38,422 bases of DNA from a virus (IMGVR_UViG_2925919700_000005:1-38422), one strand, 5' to 3'. Numbered from the stretch's first letter, positions 26,165-35,795 are shown. Made by a program: numbers and translations. The notes: a model not told the origin generated them from the sequence alone.

Positions 26165-26584
26165 ATGCTAAAAACTAGGCTTATCACCGATTACATCAAT
26201 TCTTTAATAGGTCAGGAGTTCGTTCAAGGCGAGAATGATTGCAATCTAATTGCATGTAAGATCATCGATATTCTCGCTGGTACTGACCTATATAATTCTC
26301 TTTATAAAAAATATTCAACTAAAGAAGAAGGCTTGAAAATCTGCAAAGAATTAAGCGGGTATTCAAATATCCTTCAACCAATTAAGAAACATTTCAAATT
26401 AGTCACTGATGATTTACAGGACGGCGACTTACTGGTCACAGCCCACAAATTAGGGAACCGCAAATATTATTCCGTAGTTCCTCATTATTCCGGTTATGGC
26501 CTCGTTGAAGAAGATGGTATCTGGATGACCATTCCTGTTTCAGACATTGAATATGAACAAGTTTATAGATTCGGGGGTGAATAA
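26165..26584 (+). CDS. tail assembly protein with NlpC/P60-like Cys-His motif (lambda gpK-like C-terminal domain)
   Basis: GGAGG SD; QGENDCNLIACKI (candidate catalytic Cys) and a downstream His (TAHKLG); stop overlaps the J start. Confidence 0.5.
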   Translation: MLKTRLITDYINSLIGQEFVQGENDCNLIACKIIDILAGTDLYNSLYKKYSTKEEGLKICKELSGYSNILQPIKKHFKLVTDDLQDGDLLVTAHKLGNRKYYSVVPHYSGYGLVEEDGIWMTIPVSDIEYEQVYRFGGE

Positions 26585-29500
26585 TGGGATTTGAAGTATT
26601 GGTAGGCGCGGTTATTGCTGGTGCGTCTGCTGGGATGGCTGCTGCTGCAACATTTTCTGTTATGACCGCAGTCGCTATCGGTATGGCTGCTGGTGCAATG
26701 ACCTTGATCGCTTCCACTGTAGGCGCACCAAAAACACCTAAAGTACAAAGCCCAGATAATGCGGTGACACTAGGAACATCAAACGATCCTAAGACAGTAT
26801 TACCCGTCCTTTTCGGTACTACCCGCACGGGTGCAATCTGCGTTTACAAAGCAATTTCACAGCGTGAAAACAACAAACTGGTACAAATTTTTGCTATTTC
26901 AGAAGGTGAGATCGATCACTTTAAAGCACTGCACATCGATAATAAAAATGTTCTCATTAGCCAGAATATGACAATTCGTGATGGTGTTCTCGATAAAGGA
27001 AACATTAAAGAAGAATACCGCAAAGTGTTAGAAGTCGAGTTTCGCACGGGTAAAAATCCTAACACCGCATTGGATTTAGCTAAACATCATTTGGGCGCAG
27101 ATTGGGATGATCGGTATCAGGGTAACGGCATTGCGACCATGTGTATTGTTTTACGTCGTGATGACAAATCTTTGGCTGCTGGTGTTGATATTCTCCAGCC
27201 TAATAGCCAGGTAGCGGTCGATGTTATGGGCTTAAAAATCCGTAACCTCGAAACCAATGCTATTGAGGCAAGCACTAACGGCGTGGACCAGATTTTCCAT
27301 TACCTAACAAATGAAAAATATGGTCTATCAGTACCAATTGAAAACATTAACGTTGATTCATTCCTGAAAGTACGTAAGCAAGTACGCCAGATGGATTTGC
27401 ATTCAAACGGTGCATGTGATCCGAACGCCAGCTTTAAAGAGAACTTGACTAGCCTTATGCAGACTTTCGGCGGGGTAATGTTCGAATCCTTCGGAAGAAT
27501 TACCCTGAAACTGGATGCTCCTGATATTGTTAAGCATACCTTCAATGAAGACAATATTATGATGGGTAAAGTATCACTGAAAACAGGTGGCACTAACGGT
27601 TATTTCAATACCATTAACGCGATGTATCAAGAACCATCAATTGACTATTCCGAGCAAATGCTACGTTATCCGGCTGATGCTGAAAACGATGCTACTATTC
27701 GTCAAGATGGTCGAATTATCGCTAAAGATATTGAATATCGTTTTGTTAAGTCTAAAGCCCAGATTGATAAACTCGCGAGCATTGAGCGAAATAAATCTCG
27801 TATCACTCAGGTTATCAGCTTCATGACTACTGACGCATTCACTGCCGAAGTGTGGGATGTTATTAGCGTTACCTATGATGAATTGAAACTGAATAATTCA
27901 CTTTGGCGCATTACTGCAATTGATCGCTCGATTGATTCTGGTATTGCTGGGATGATGACTATCACCGCCACAGAATATAATTCTCAGGTTTATACTGACC
28001 TGAACTATGCGGCGACTCCAGACAATAGACCTACCGGTTTACCGGATTCAATGACAGTACAGAAACCGACTAATTTCAGAATTAAGGCAACTGGTGAGAC
28101 AATCCACGGTAAAAACGTAACTTTGACATGGGACGCACCGGAAGATTTTAACCGCTACGGTTTCCAGATTGATTATCGTGTGAGTGGATCACCTAACTGG
28201 ATTAAGCTGGGACAGACTTCACAGCAAATTTTCAATATCAATGCACTGGCAAAAGATCGCTCCTACGATTATCGCGTTTGTGCTTTCGGTATTATTGCTC
28301 GTTCCGAATGGGTGGAACTGGTTAACCAGAATCCAGAAGTTACCTATGAACTGCCTACTCCAGTGATCCGCATCAAAAATCAGGGTAGTTCACCTGGTAC
28401 TTTCGAAGGCAATGATCTGATTATCGAATGGGAAAATCAGCAACAATTAGATGTGATGATCAACGGCGAAGCTAACAAGTTTAGTGACCTGTTTGAAGCA
28501 TACATTATCAAGGTGACTAACAAGGCTGGTAAGTCTATTCAGTACCGTACCCGCGATCCTGAATCATGGACCTATACGCTTGATATGAACCAGTTTAACG
28601 GCCTTTCCCGTGAATTGACGGTAGAAGTATCGGCTAAGGGCTATAACAACTCAGAGAGCGCCCCAGCGCGTTTAGTGGCTATCAACCCACAACATAAGCC
28701 GATGAAAGGTTTTAGTGCGCGTGGTGGCTTTAATACTGCGTTTGTTAGCTGGGCGGATGACGTAGAACATGACTATGCAGGGTCAATCATTCAGTATGCA
28801 ACCGATAACACTTTCTCCGATGCAAGGGCAGTGACTACCAATAGCGTTAGTCATACTTCCTTTGATTTGGCTGACGGTGATTATTATATCCGTGGTGCTC
28901 ACTACGATATTTTCGGTATGGATGATGCTGTTTGGTCTGAACCGTATTTCATGCAAATGAAATCTACCATTAGCTGGGACGATCAGGACAAAGAAGCACT
29001 TGAAGACCTGATTGGTTTACAAGATCGCTTAGATGAAACTATCGCGGATGCTATTGCTCAAGCTGGCGCTAATGCCGATGCTAAAATTGATGCAATGCAT
29101 AAGCAAATCACTACCGAAACCGGAAAGACGGTCCAAGCCTCAGCCGATACTCTCAAGAGTCTGATTGCTACCAGCGAGCAAGCTAGCTCCACTAAGATTG
29201 ATCAGGTTAAAGCTGAACTGAAAGGCGATATCACCAATGAAGTTAGCGCATCTGCTACTACCCTGAAACAAGCAATTGCTACCAGTGAGGCAGCAAGCGC
29301 AAGTAAGATCGACCAAGTTCGGGTAGAAATGGATGGCAAGATTGCTGGTGTGAATCAGGAAGCAGATGTAAAAATCGATGCTTTGAAAGGAACCATTAAC
29401 AGCAAATACAATCTAGCGGTTAATGCAGATGGTCGCGTGGCTGGTATTCATATGAGCGCAACCAACGATCCGGCGCAACCGACGAGAATCATCTTTACGG

Positions 29501-30360
29501 CTGATAAAATCGCGGTAGCTCCACAGAACGGATCGGAAGTATGCCCGTTTGGTATCGAAGATAACAAAGTTTATCTCGATAATGCGATGATTCGTAATGC
29601 TGCAATTGGCACAGCCCAGATTAGTGATGCTAGTATCACCACGGCTAAAATCGGCACAGCCCAGATTAACGGCGCTCACATCCAACACGCACAGATCGGA
29701 ACAGGTCATATTATTGATGGCTCTATCGATAATGCTAAAATTGGTAACTATATCCAGTCTTATAACTGGAATGGTAACGATGGATGGTATATCGGGAAGG
29801 ATGGCACTTGTCATTTTAGACACGCTAACATTCGTGGTCATTTGGTGGCTGATTCCGGCGAAATGAACAACGTAACGATTAATTCAAGTTGCCGCATTTT
29901 GGGTATGCTTGATGCTAATCAGGTGCGTGGTGACTTCGTGAAAGCTATTGGTCGTCGATTCCCACATTGGGACGAAAACCCATCATTGGGCTATCCCGGT
30001 TATCCGCAAGGTACAATCACTGTTCGAATTGAAGATGATCACCCGTTTGATCGTCAGATTATCGTTCCGGCTATTAGCTTTGGTGGTCTTAATGCGCGTG
30101 AAGGCTCGAATAACAATACTTACTATGATAACTGTCGCTTGATTGTTCGCAAGAACGGTGCTGAATTATATAACCGTGCATATGGTAGACAGACTGGATT
30201 GTATAGTGCTGTTATTGATATGCCAGCCGGACACGGACCAGTTACGCTAACTTTTGAAGTAAGTTCAAGCGCAATCAACAACTGGACTCCCAGCACATGG
30301 ATCAGCGATCTAACGGTAATGGTAACTAAGAAAGCCGCTACTGGTATTTCTGTTTCTTAA
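26584..30360 (+). CDS. central tail fibre / host specificity protein (lambda J-like) with an N-terminal gpI-like Gly/Ala-rich segment
   Basis: C-terminus DDHPFDRQIIVPAISFGG...MPAGHGPVTLTFEVSS...DLTVMVTKKAATGISVS closely parallels the lambda J receptor-binding C-terminus (from memory); fibronectin-III-like repeats mid-protein; N-terminal 90 aa resemble the lambda I C-terminal region. Confidence 0.9.
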   Translation: MGFEVLVGAVIAGASAGMAAAATFSVMTAVAIGMAAGAMTLIASTVGAPKTPKVQSPDNAVTLGTSNDPKTVLPVLFGTTRTGAICVYKAISQRENNKLVQIFAISEGEIDHFKALHIDNKNVLISQNMTIRDGVLDKGNIKEEYRKVLEVEFRTGKNPNTALDLAKHHLGADWDDRYQGNGIATMCIVLRRDDKSLAAGVDILQPNSQVAVDVMGLKIRNLETNAIEASTNGVDQIFHYLTNEKYGLSVPIENINVDSFLKVRKQVRQMDLHSNGACDPNASFKENLTSLMQTFGGVMFESFGRITLKLDAPDIVKHTFNEDNIMMGKVSLKTGGTNGYFNTINAMYQEPSIDYSEQMLRYPADAENDATIRQDGRIIAKDIEYRFVKSKAQIDKLASIERNKSRITQVISFMTTDAFTAEVWDVISVTYDELKLNNSLWRITAIDRSIDSGIAGMMTITATEYNSQVYTDLNYAATPDNRPTGLPDSMTVQKPTNFRIKATGETIHGKNVTLTWDAPEDFNRYGFQIDYRVSGSPNWIKLGQTSQQIFNINALAKDRSYDYRVCAFGIIARSEWVELVNQNPEVTYELPTPVIRIKNQGSSPGTFEGNDLIIEWENQQQLDVMINGEANKFSDLFEAYIIKVTNKAGKSIQYRTRDPESWTYTLDMNQFNGLSRELTVEVSAKGYNNSESAPARLVAINPQHKPMKGFSARGGFNTAFVSWADDVEHDYAGSIIQYATDNTFSDARAVTTNSVSHTSFDLADGDYYIRGAHYDIFGMDDAVWSEPYFMQMKSTISWDDQDKEALEDLIGLQDRLDETIADAIAQAGANADAKIDAMHKQITTETGKTVQASADTLKSLIATSEQASSTKIDQVKAELKGDITNEVSASATTLKQAIATSEAASASKIDQVRVEMDGKIAGVNQEADVKIDALKGTINSKYNLAVNADGRVAGIHMSATNDPAQPTRIIFTADKIAVAPQNGSEVCPFGIEDNKVYLDNAMIRNAAIGTAQISDASITTAKIGTAQINGAHIQHAQIGTGHIIDGSIDNAKIGNYIQSYNWNGNDGWYIGKDGTCHFRHANIRGHLVADSGEMNNVTINSSCRILGMLDANQVRGDFVKAIGRRFPHWDENPSLGYPGYPQGTITVRIEDDHPFDRQIIVPAISFGGLNAREGSNNNTYYDNCRLIVRKNGAELYNRAYGRQTGLYSAVIDMPAGHGPVTLTFEVSSSAINNWTPSTWISDLTVMVTKKAATGISVS

Positions 30361-30378
30361 AATTTAATTCTAATAATT

Positions 30379-30418
30379 AATCCCGCTTAATTCTTTTGGG
30401 TTAGGCGGGATTATTTTT
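30379..30418 (+). terminator. Rho-independent terminator after the J-like gene
   Basis: AATCCCGC ... GCGGGATT followed by TTATTTTT. Confidence 0.7.
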
Positions 30419-30462
30419 ATCTAAATAATTCTGCCATTAAATTATAAAATATCGGGGGCGTA

Positions 30463-30741
30463 ATGACTGAAATTATATATGGCGGTATCGGTGTTATCGC
30501 CTTAATTTGTGGTGGTCTTTGGAGACTTCACCGAAATCAATTAGCAACAGAAAATAGATTGTCGAAATTAGAGTCCAATGATGCATTGTTTAATCAGAAG
30601 TTTGAAACAATGCAAAGTAACCACGACCAGATCGCCGAGAGAGTTTATCGCATGGAACAAACACTACACGGTATAGAGAAGAAAGTGGTTGCGATGGACG
30701 CCAAATTTGACCAAGTTCTCGACATACTCAAACAAAAATAA
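30463..30741 (+). CDS. membrane protein with one N-terminal TM helix and a coiled coil (holin- or spanin-like)
   Basis: TM segment IIYGGIGVIALICGGLW followed by a coiled-coil region; ATCTAAATAATTCTG box upstream; lies four genes upstream of the endolysin. Confidence 0.5.
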   Translation: MTEIIYGGIGVIALICGGLWRLHRNQLATENRLSKLESNDALFNQKFETMQSNHDQIAERVYRMEQTLHGIEKKVVAMDAKFDQVLDILKQK

Positions 30742-30759
30742 TAATAAAGGGGTGAATAT

Positions 30760-30930
30760 ATGAAGAATAAACTTAAGAAATATTTTGGTTATCTCTTGAT
30801 TATCGCCCTCACTTATAACGTAGCAATTAGACCTCTGCTAACGTCCTTTGGGCTTGAACTCCCGGCTATGACCGTGGATGAGCAATTGCTAAGGACACTG
30901 GCGGGGGTCTTTTCGTTATTAGGGGGCTAA
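30760..30930 (+). CDS. small membrane protein (56 aa), below the ORF-track cutoff
   Basis: AAGGGG SD 8 nt upstream of the ATG; translation MKNKLKKYFGYLLIIALTYNVAIRPLLTSFGLELPAMTVDEQLLRTLAGVFSLLGG; stop abuts the next start. Confidence 0.45.
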   Translation: MKNKLKKYFGYLLIIALTYNVAIRPLLTSFGLELPAMTVDEQLLRTLAGVFSLLGG

Positions 30931-30931
30931 C

Positions 30932-31615
30932 ATGGCAACCAGTACCAATAAACGAAACGCTCTAAGGACTAAGAAAGCGTTACGCCAATGGACTGATAAA
31001 GCAACCGATACATTCGAAAGGGCGATAGGGGAAGGGGCGATCTTTGCTTCCAGAGCACTCCAGAAGAAGATTAACAAGAATGTTGATAGACCTACTCGCT
31101 GGACTCAGCAAGCTGTAGGTAATACCAACTACAAGAACCGATCAGGGACGAGACACCAAATCTTCATCAAGGGCGCAAGGGATAAGGACAAGAAGATCGG
31201 CAGTCAAGACGACTATCTGAAACACTATTTCGATGGTGGCAAAATCAATAAGCTAGTGCCAATAGCTAACGGTAAGGTCTTAGACTCCCACGGGAACATT
31301 AAGGCCATTAAAGGCGGTAAGATGATGCGTAACATCGAAAATGGCAACTTCATCAAGGTAGAGAACAAGGAAGGGACTTTTATCATGAAGAAGTACAAGC
31401 CTAAGAAATCCCGAACCAAACGCGCTAGGAATGGATCGGCGGTGGCAAAACGTCGCTTAGAGAAACGCATACAGAAACAGAGCAAGCGAATTGTTGCCGT
31501 TAAGTCAGATAAAATTTCTACTCGTTATTCGACGCTAGGATCGTGGGAAAGCAACGAGGAAATGATGCTTAAGAACATTAATAAGCACATTAAATCGCGC
31601 ATGAGATACGTTTAA
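30932..31615 (+). CDS. highly basic hypothetical protein (227 aa)
   Basis: AGGGGG SD; Lys/Arg-rich throughout; no recognisable family. Confidence 0.6.
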   Translation: MATSTNKRNALRTKKALRQWTDKATDTFERAIGEGAIFASRALQKKINKNVDRPTRWTQQAVGNTNYKNRSGTRHQIFIKGARDKDKKIGSQDDYLKHYFDGGKINKLVPIANGKVLDSHGNIKAIKGGKMMRNIENGNFIKVENKEGTFIMKKYKPKKSRTKRARNGSAVAKRRLEKRIQKQSKRIVAVKSDKISTRYSTLGSWESNEEMMLKNINKHIKSRMRYV

Positions 31616-31653
31616 TCCATAAATACCCTCATAGAATCTTATGGGGGTATAAC
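31616..31653 (+). promoter_or_regulatory. Second copy of the CCCTCATA...TATGGGGG hairpin, sequestering the SD of the 31654 gene
   Basis: ACCCTCATA-GAATCT-TATGGGGGT; the right arm is the SD 7 nt upstream of ATG 31654. Confidence 0.45.
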
Positions 31654-32001
31654 ATGGCTAAAAATATTTTTACTGAATTTCCTACTTATCCGGTCGATCA
31701 GCTTTCCGGTATTTTTATTAATGGCATTAGCCCAGAATCCATGACACATGATTTTGAGGCGAAGAGAGTTAAACATAAACAATATAAAGAATGTATCCGC
31801 GATCATGAAAAAGGGACCGTGTTTTGTGTCGCTACATTGGCTAAACGTCCTAAGTATCGTTTTCGTGTAGGACAAGAAGTTGATGTGGTTAATCCTTATA
31901 GCTTTAACTGTCTGGGCGATGCACGCGCGGTGTGTGTAGGCACTGCTCCTTATTATATCAAGGGTATGCGCTTTATTGGTTATATCTTCGAAATGATCTA
32001 A
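31654..32001 (+). CDS. hypothetical protein (115 aa)
   Basis: ORF with GGGGG SD; Cys-containing; no recognisable family. Confidence 0.55.
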   Translation: MAKNIFTEFPTYPVDQLSGIFINGISPESMTHDFEAKRVKHKQYKECIRDHEKGTVFCVATLAKRPKYRFRVGQEVDVVNPYSFNCLGDARAVCVGTAPYYIKGMRFIGYIFEMI

Positions 32002-32010
32002 GGGGGTAAT

Positions 32011-32364
32011 ATGTTAAGTAAGCATTTTTCTCGCAAGGAATTTAAATGTAAATGCGGAAAATGTGATTATGATACAATCGACGCTGAATTACTGGTGATT
32101 CTTGAGGATGTACGCGAACACTTCGGGAAACCAGTAATTATTAACAGTGGGAACCGTTGTCCGACTCATAACAAGAATGTAGGCGGTGCAACCAACAGCT
32201 ATCACGTTCGAGGTCGTGCGGCTGACATTGTGGTCAAGGGTGTCTCCCCTGATATTGTCCATGCTTATCTTGATGGGAAATATCCTACTCAATACGGCTT
32301 AGGCAAATATAAAACCTTTACGCATATTGATTCCAGATCAAAAAAATCACGGTGGAATGGATAA
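32011..32364 (+). CDS. endolysin, peptidase M15 family (zinc D-Ala-D-Ala carboxypeptidase / L-Ala-D-Glu peptidase type)
   Basis: SYHVRGRAADIVV (S-x-H-x-x-G-x-A-x-D) and a downstream THID motif form the Zn-binding H-D-H pattern; N-terminal FSRKEFKCKCGKC is typical of this family; AGGGGGTAAT-ATG. Confidence 0.8.
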   Translation: MLSKHFSRKEFKCKCGKCDYDTIDAELLVILEDVREHFGKPVIINSGNRCPTHNKNVGGATNSYHVRGRAADIVVKGVSPDIVHAYLDGKYPTQYGLGKYKTFTHIDSRSKKSRWNG

Positions 32365-32396
32365 AACAAAAGCGCCTCTAGTGGGCGCTTTTTTGT
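32364..32396. terminator. Bidirectional rho-independent terminator between convergent genes
   Basis: AAGCGCC-TCTAGT-GGGCGCTT flanked by an A-run upstream and a T-run downstream. Confidence 0.7.
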
Positions 32397-33886
32397 TATA
32401 TGGCAATTGTTTTAGTTGCATAGCTGAACTTGTCGGTTAGATAATAGCGGATTCTCTCAAGTGCATGTTTTACCGCATAATTTTTATGCTTGACTTTTCC
32501 GTTACGACCGAATATACACAGATGATCGATAAGATCCCAGACCGTTGCAATGTCTTTCGAACCATGTTTACGCAATGCACGACCGATACTCTGACGAACG
32601 ATAGTTGATTCCTTCACGGGATGACCGAAAATAACATGGTGCAAATTCTTAATTGAAACACCAGTAGAGAAAACACCATAGGATGCAACGCAAATGATCC
32701 CTGTTTCCCCTTCCGCTAATTTCTTAAATTCATCACGTTCTTCTGTCTTAACTCCACCGTCAATATAATAAACCTTGTCGTGTACCTTCTGTAACGCGTC
32801 ATACATAAGTTTTCCGTGCTTAGTATTGCGGAACATCAGGAATACGTTTTCTCCCTTCTTAGCGAGTTTTAGCGCCAAATTACAAGCAAACTTATTTCGT
32901 CGTGGATTAGACGTAATATACTTGATCTCTTCCGCATATTCTCTACCCTTAACCGCGCTACATTCCTCATCGGTATAACGAAGGAAAAGACAGTTAATTT
33001 TCAGTTTTGTCACCTGCCCTTCTTCCATCAGGCGGTCAATACTCACGATCTTAGAAATATCACCGAAAAGCCCGACATACTGCATTAAATGGCACTTTGA
33101 TTCTTTCGGGGAACCAGTCATGCCGATCTTAAATTGGCAATGATTCATTCCGTTAATGATATTGGTAATATTTTTGGCACTAGCCTTATGCGATTCATCA
33201 ACTATCAACATTCCATATTGTTTGAACCATTCAGGAGGCATCTTGCACGCTGATTGCCAGGTACTAACCGTGATTAACCTGTCTCCCGGATGTTTCCCGC
33301 TACCACTCATCATTGTATGAATTGCTTCATAAGGGAATAGCCTATAATCGATGAAATCATCCCTCATTTGAACCACTAGCGATGTAGTAGGGACAATGAT
33401 TAACACTTTTCCGGTGTAATGCTCTAAGTACCAACGAGACAGCATACAAGCAATCAATGACTTACCCGCACTGGTAGGAAGAACCAGCATTCTACGGCGA
33501 TTATGAATACCCTGAAAGACTGCCTCCCTTTGATACCAGTAAGGATTGATTTTATTGGAACCGGAATACACTTCTAGGGAATCAATCCATTCATTAATCG
33601 CGTCTTTGGTTACATCTTCCTTCTCAAGCAATCGCGGGTCAATCCAGACTGAATAGCCCATATTTTTAACGAAGACACCCAACGTTTTTAATAGTCCAAT
33701 TGGTAGGGTATTTTCATGCGTAAACAGTCTTATTCGTCCATCCCAGCCGGAATACTTGTAGCGGGGGCTAAACCTAGCCCCTTCAACCTCAAACGAGAAA
33801 TAATCCCTTAATTCCATTCCGATAGAAGGAGAGCAATCAACCTTAACGAAACTGTAATCTTGAAAATGAATTTTAATATCTTGCAT
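32396..33886 (-). CDS. UvsW-like SF2 DNA helicase
   Basis: Walker A LPTSAGKS, IIVPTT, DExH box IVDESH and VWDLIDH; overall resemblance to T4 UvsW as recalled; start set to ATG 33886, overlapping the upstream stop. Confidence 0.8.
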   Translation of the reverse strand: MQDIKIHFQDYSFVKVDCSPSIGMELRDYFSFEVEGARFSPRYKYSGWDGRIRLFTHENTLPIGLLKTLGVFVKNMGYSVWIDPRLLEKEDVTKDAINEWIDSLEVYSGSNKINPYWYQREAVFQGIHNRRRMLVLPTSAGKSLIACMLSRWYLEHYTGKVLIIVPTTSLVVQMRDDFIDYRLFPYEAIHTMMSGSGKHPGDRLITVSTWQSACKMPPEWFKQYGMLIVDESHKASAKNITNIINGMNHCQFKIGMTGSPKESKCHLMQYVGLFGDISKIVSIDRLMEEGQVTKLKINCLFLRYTDEECSAVKGREYAEEIKYITSNPRRNKFACNLALKLAKKGENVFLMFRNTKHGKLMYDALQKVHDKVYYIDGGVKTEERDEFKKLAEGETGIICVASYGVFSTGVSIKNLHHVIFGHPVKESTIVRQSIGRALRKHGSKDIATVWDLIDHLCIFGRNGKVKHKNYAVKHALERIRYYLTDKFSYATKTIAI

Positions 33887-34455
33887 TAGTTCCACTCCAC
33901 ACTTGCAATATTCTTTATATTGTTTAGTGATTTATTGCAGTAGTGGAATGTTTCAGTTTTGCCGTATTCAATCCCGCCTATACCCACATCCAGTAATCTC
34001 TTTATTGCTCTTTCAGTGGCTAAAGCATGTTTCATTGATGGCATTTCACCAGCAAAGACAATATCAAAGTTATGACCGGGATTGCGTACACCCAGATTAA
34101 TGCGTCGCTTGATGATTGACTTTGTTACACCAAATTTACCAATATCCCCTGATTTCATTACATAGAGATAAGGCACACCCGCTTTATATTGAAAGTAATC
34201 ACTTTTGAGACATGCACAGCGTTTACCTTCATTAAGCAGGTTGGTAGCTGATTTGTCGGCTCTATTGCCGCATCGGGTACATGTAAGAGCAATTCTTGAA
34301 TGAAGCCCTTTAAACTCACCCAGAAAGCCATGAAAGACTAACGGTAAGTCCTTCTCTTTGATGTGAGTCAGAATGCGTTGTTCTAATGCCGATGGAGTTA
34401 CAGCACGGGAGGATTTAGGAGTAAAAACAATATCTTTAGCCATTACTGGAATCAT
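33886..34455 (-). CDS. GIY-YIG-like (T5orf172-type) protein with N-terminal zinc ribbon; possible homing endonuclease or DNA-binding nuclease
   Basis: CTRCGN...CAC Cys cluster followed by YLYVMKSGDIGKFGVTKSIIKRR (GIY-YIG-like Y-x-Y...K-F-G-x-T...R pattern). Confidence 0.5.
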   Translation of the reverse strand: MIPVMAKDIVFTPKSSRAVTPSALEQRILTHIKEKDLPLVFHGFLGEFKGLHSRIALTCTRCGNRADKSATNLLNEGKRCACLKSDYFQYKAGVPYLYVMKSGDIGKFGVTKSIIKRRINLGVRNPGHNFDIVFAGEMPSMKHALATERAIKRLLDVGIGGIEYGKTETFHYCNKSLNNIKNIASVEWN

Positions 34456-34609
34456 ATAGACCTCACTTTTTTAACTTATAGGCATAACCTCAATATGGTT
34501 GGTTTGGGATTTAGGGTCGCGTATTATACACATTCAGATAGAGAATGCAATAGTAAGACAATTTTCTCTAATAAATAGTAGTGAGCTTATTATTTTAGAG
34601 GAAACTACT

Positions 34610-35785
34610 ATGAAACTTGCTTACGCTGCCGAAATTCCTTTTGTTAAGAAAACTCGCGGTTTATCGCCGGAAGAGTACCAACAACGAATCATCGCTAAAC
34701 TGGAACCTGCTTTCGTATTTGGTGGATTTATCCTACCGTGGAAGGGTAATCACACTTACTTTCGAATCTACAATTTAGATACACAAGAATATAAGGACTA
34801 CAAATTACGCAAACTGGAAGATACTAACGGGGGTGAGTTACTCCAGACTGAAAAGGCTGTATGGTTGAAAATGGAATCTCGTTGTAATGAGAAGGGAAAG
34901 AAATTCCTCGGATGGCAAGGAGAATGGAAAGGGCGCAACAAGACAAAATCCCGTGTTTTGTGCCCTGAACACAATCAAATCATGACGCCATCTCTATTAC
35001 ATGCTCTCAAAGATGATTTCGATTTTGATTGCAAAATCTGTATGGCTGAAAAATCCCAACGGGTAAGAAGTGGCAAGACTTTTGATGAAGTTATTAAGGA
35101 CAAAGAGACAATCATCAATGCACGTTGCGAGAGTACGCCTTACACCTTCAAAGGATTCATCATAAACACCCCACACCTAAAGGATGTTAAATTTAAAACC
35201 TATTGCAAGACACATAATCACGAATGGGAATCTCATTTAAGATGTGCTGATTCTTTCACTTGTCCGCTTTGCATTAAAGACCAACTGGTGCAACTGTCTA
35301 ACCGGACTTATCAGGGTAAGGCTAGTTTCTATATTCAATTATTAGATGACAAATTTATTAAATTTGGAATCACTACCCGGAAACCAGAAGAACGAATGAG
35401 AGAGCAAACCAGAAAGAGCAACTTCACTCACCGCTTAATCTTTACTCATGAGTTTGAGGATGGTTGGAAAGCCGTTGATTTAGAGCATGAAGTAAAACAA
35501 CGCTTCAAGACTCATGCAGCACCCTACAAAGATTTCAAGGATGGATGGTCGGAAACTCTGACTATTGATGAGTTACCACACTTACAGCAACTGGTTTATG
35601 ACTACCTAACCAATCAACCGGACGAGGCTAATATGTGGGTATCCCAGAAAGATGTATTTGATGACGATACATTCAAGCTACATACTCACTTCTACGGCAT
35701 CAATAAACCGGAATTTTTCTGTATTGATGACGACAGTCCTGATTTAATGGATGAATACTTTAATACTCTCTTAGACGCTGTCTAA
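34610..35785 (+). CDS. multi-zinc-finger protein with C-terminal GIY-YIG/T5orf172-like domain
   Basis: Several C/H clusters (CPEHN...CKIC; CKTHNHEWESHLRCADSFTCPLC) then FYIQLLDDKFIKFGITTRKPEERMREQ; TAATAAATAGTAGTGAG box 25 nt upstream; start set at ATG 34610 (track start is TTG 34499). Confidence 0.55.
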   Translation: MKLAYAAEIPFVKKTRGLSPEEYQQRIIAKLEPAFVFGGFILPWKGNHTYFRIYNLDTQEYKDYKLRKLEDTNGGELLQTEKAVWLKMESRCNEKGKKFLGWQGEWKGRNKTKSRVLCPEHNQIMTPSLLHALKDDFDFDCKICMAEKSQRVRSGKTFDEVIKDKETIINARCESTPYTFKGFIINTPHLKDVKFKTYCKTHNHEWESHLRCADSFTCPLCIKDQLVQLSNRTYQGKASFYIQLLDDKFIKFGITTRKPEERMREQTRKSNFTHRLIFTHEFEDGWKAVDLEHEVKQRFKTHAAPYKDFKDGWSETLTIDELPHLQQLVYDYLTNQPDEANMWVSQKDVFDDDTFKLHTHFYGINKPEFFCIDDDSPDLMDEYFNTLLDAV

Positions 35786-35795
35786 CGCAATTAAA

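Noticed and set aside
26436-26828. 130-aa minus-strand ORF at the start of the J gene
   Set aside because: Antisense shadow of the Gly/Ala-rich J N-terminus.
32396-33886. T4-like phage affiliation based on the UvsW-like helicase and TATAAATA boxes
   Set aside because: The morphogenesis module (Nu1/gpA-type terminase, V/G/T/H/M/L/K/J tail order) is lambda-like siphovirus, not T4-like. The helicase is more likely a horizontally shared replication/recombination gene.
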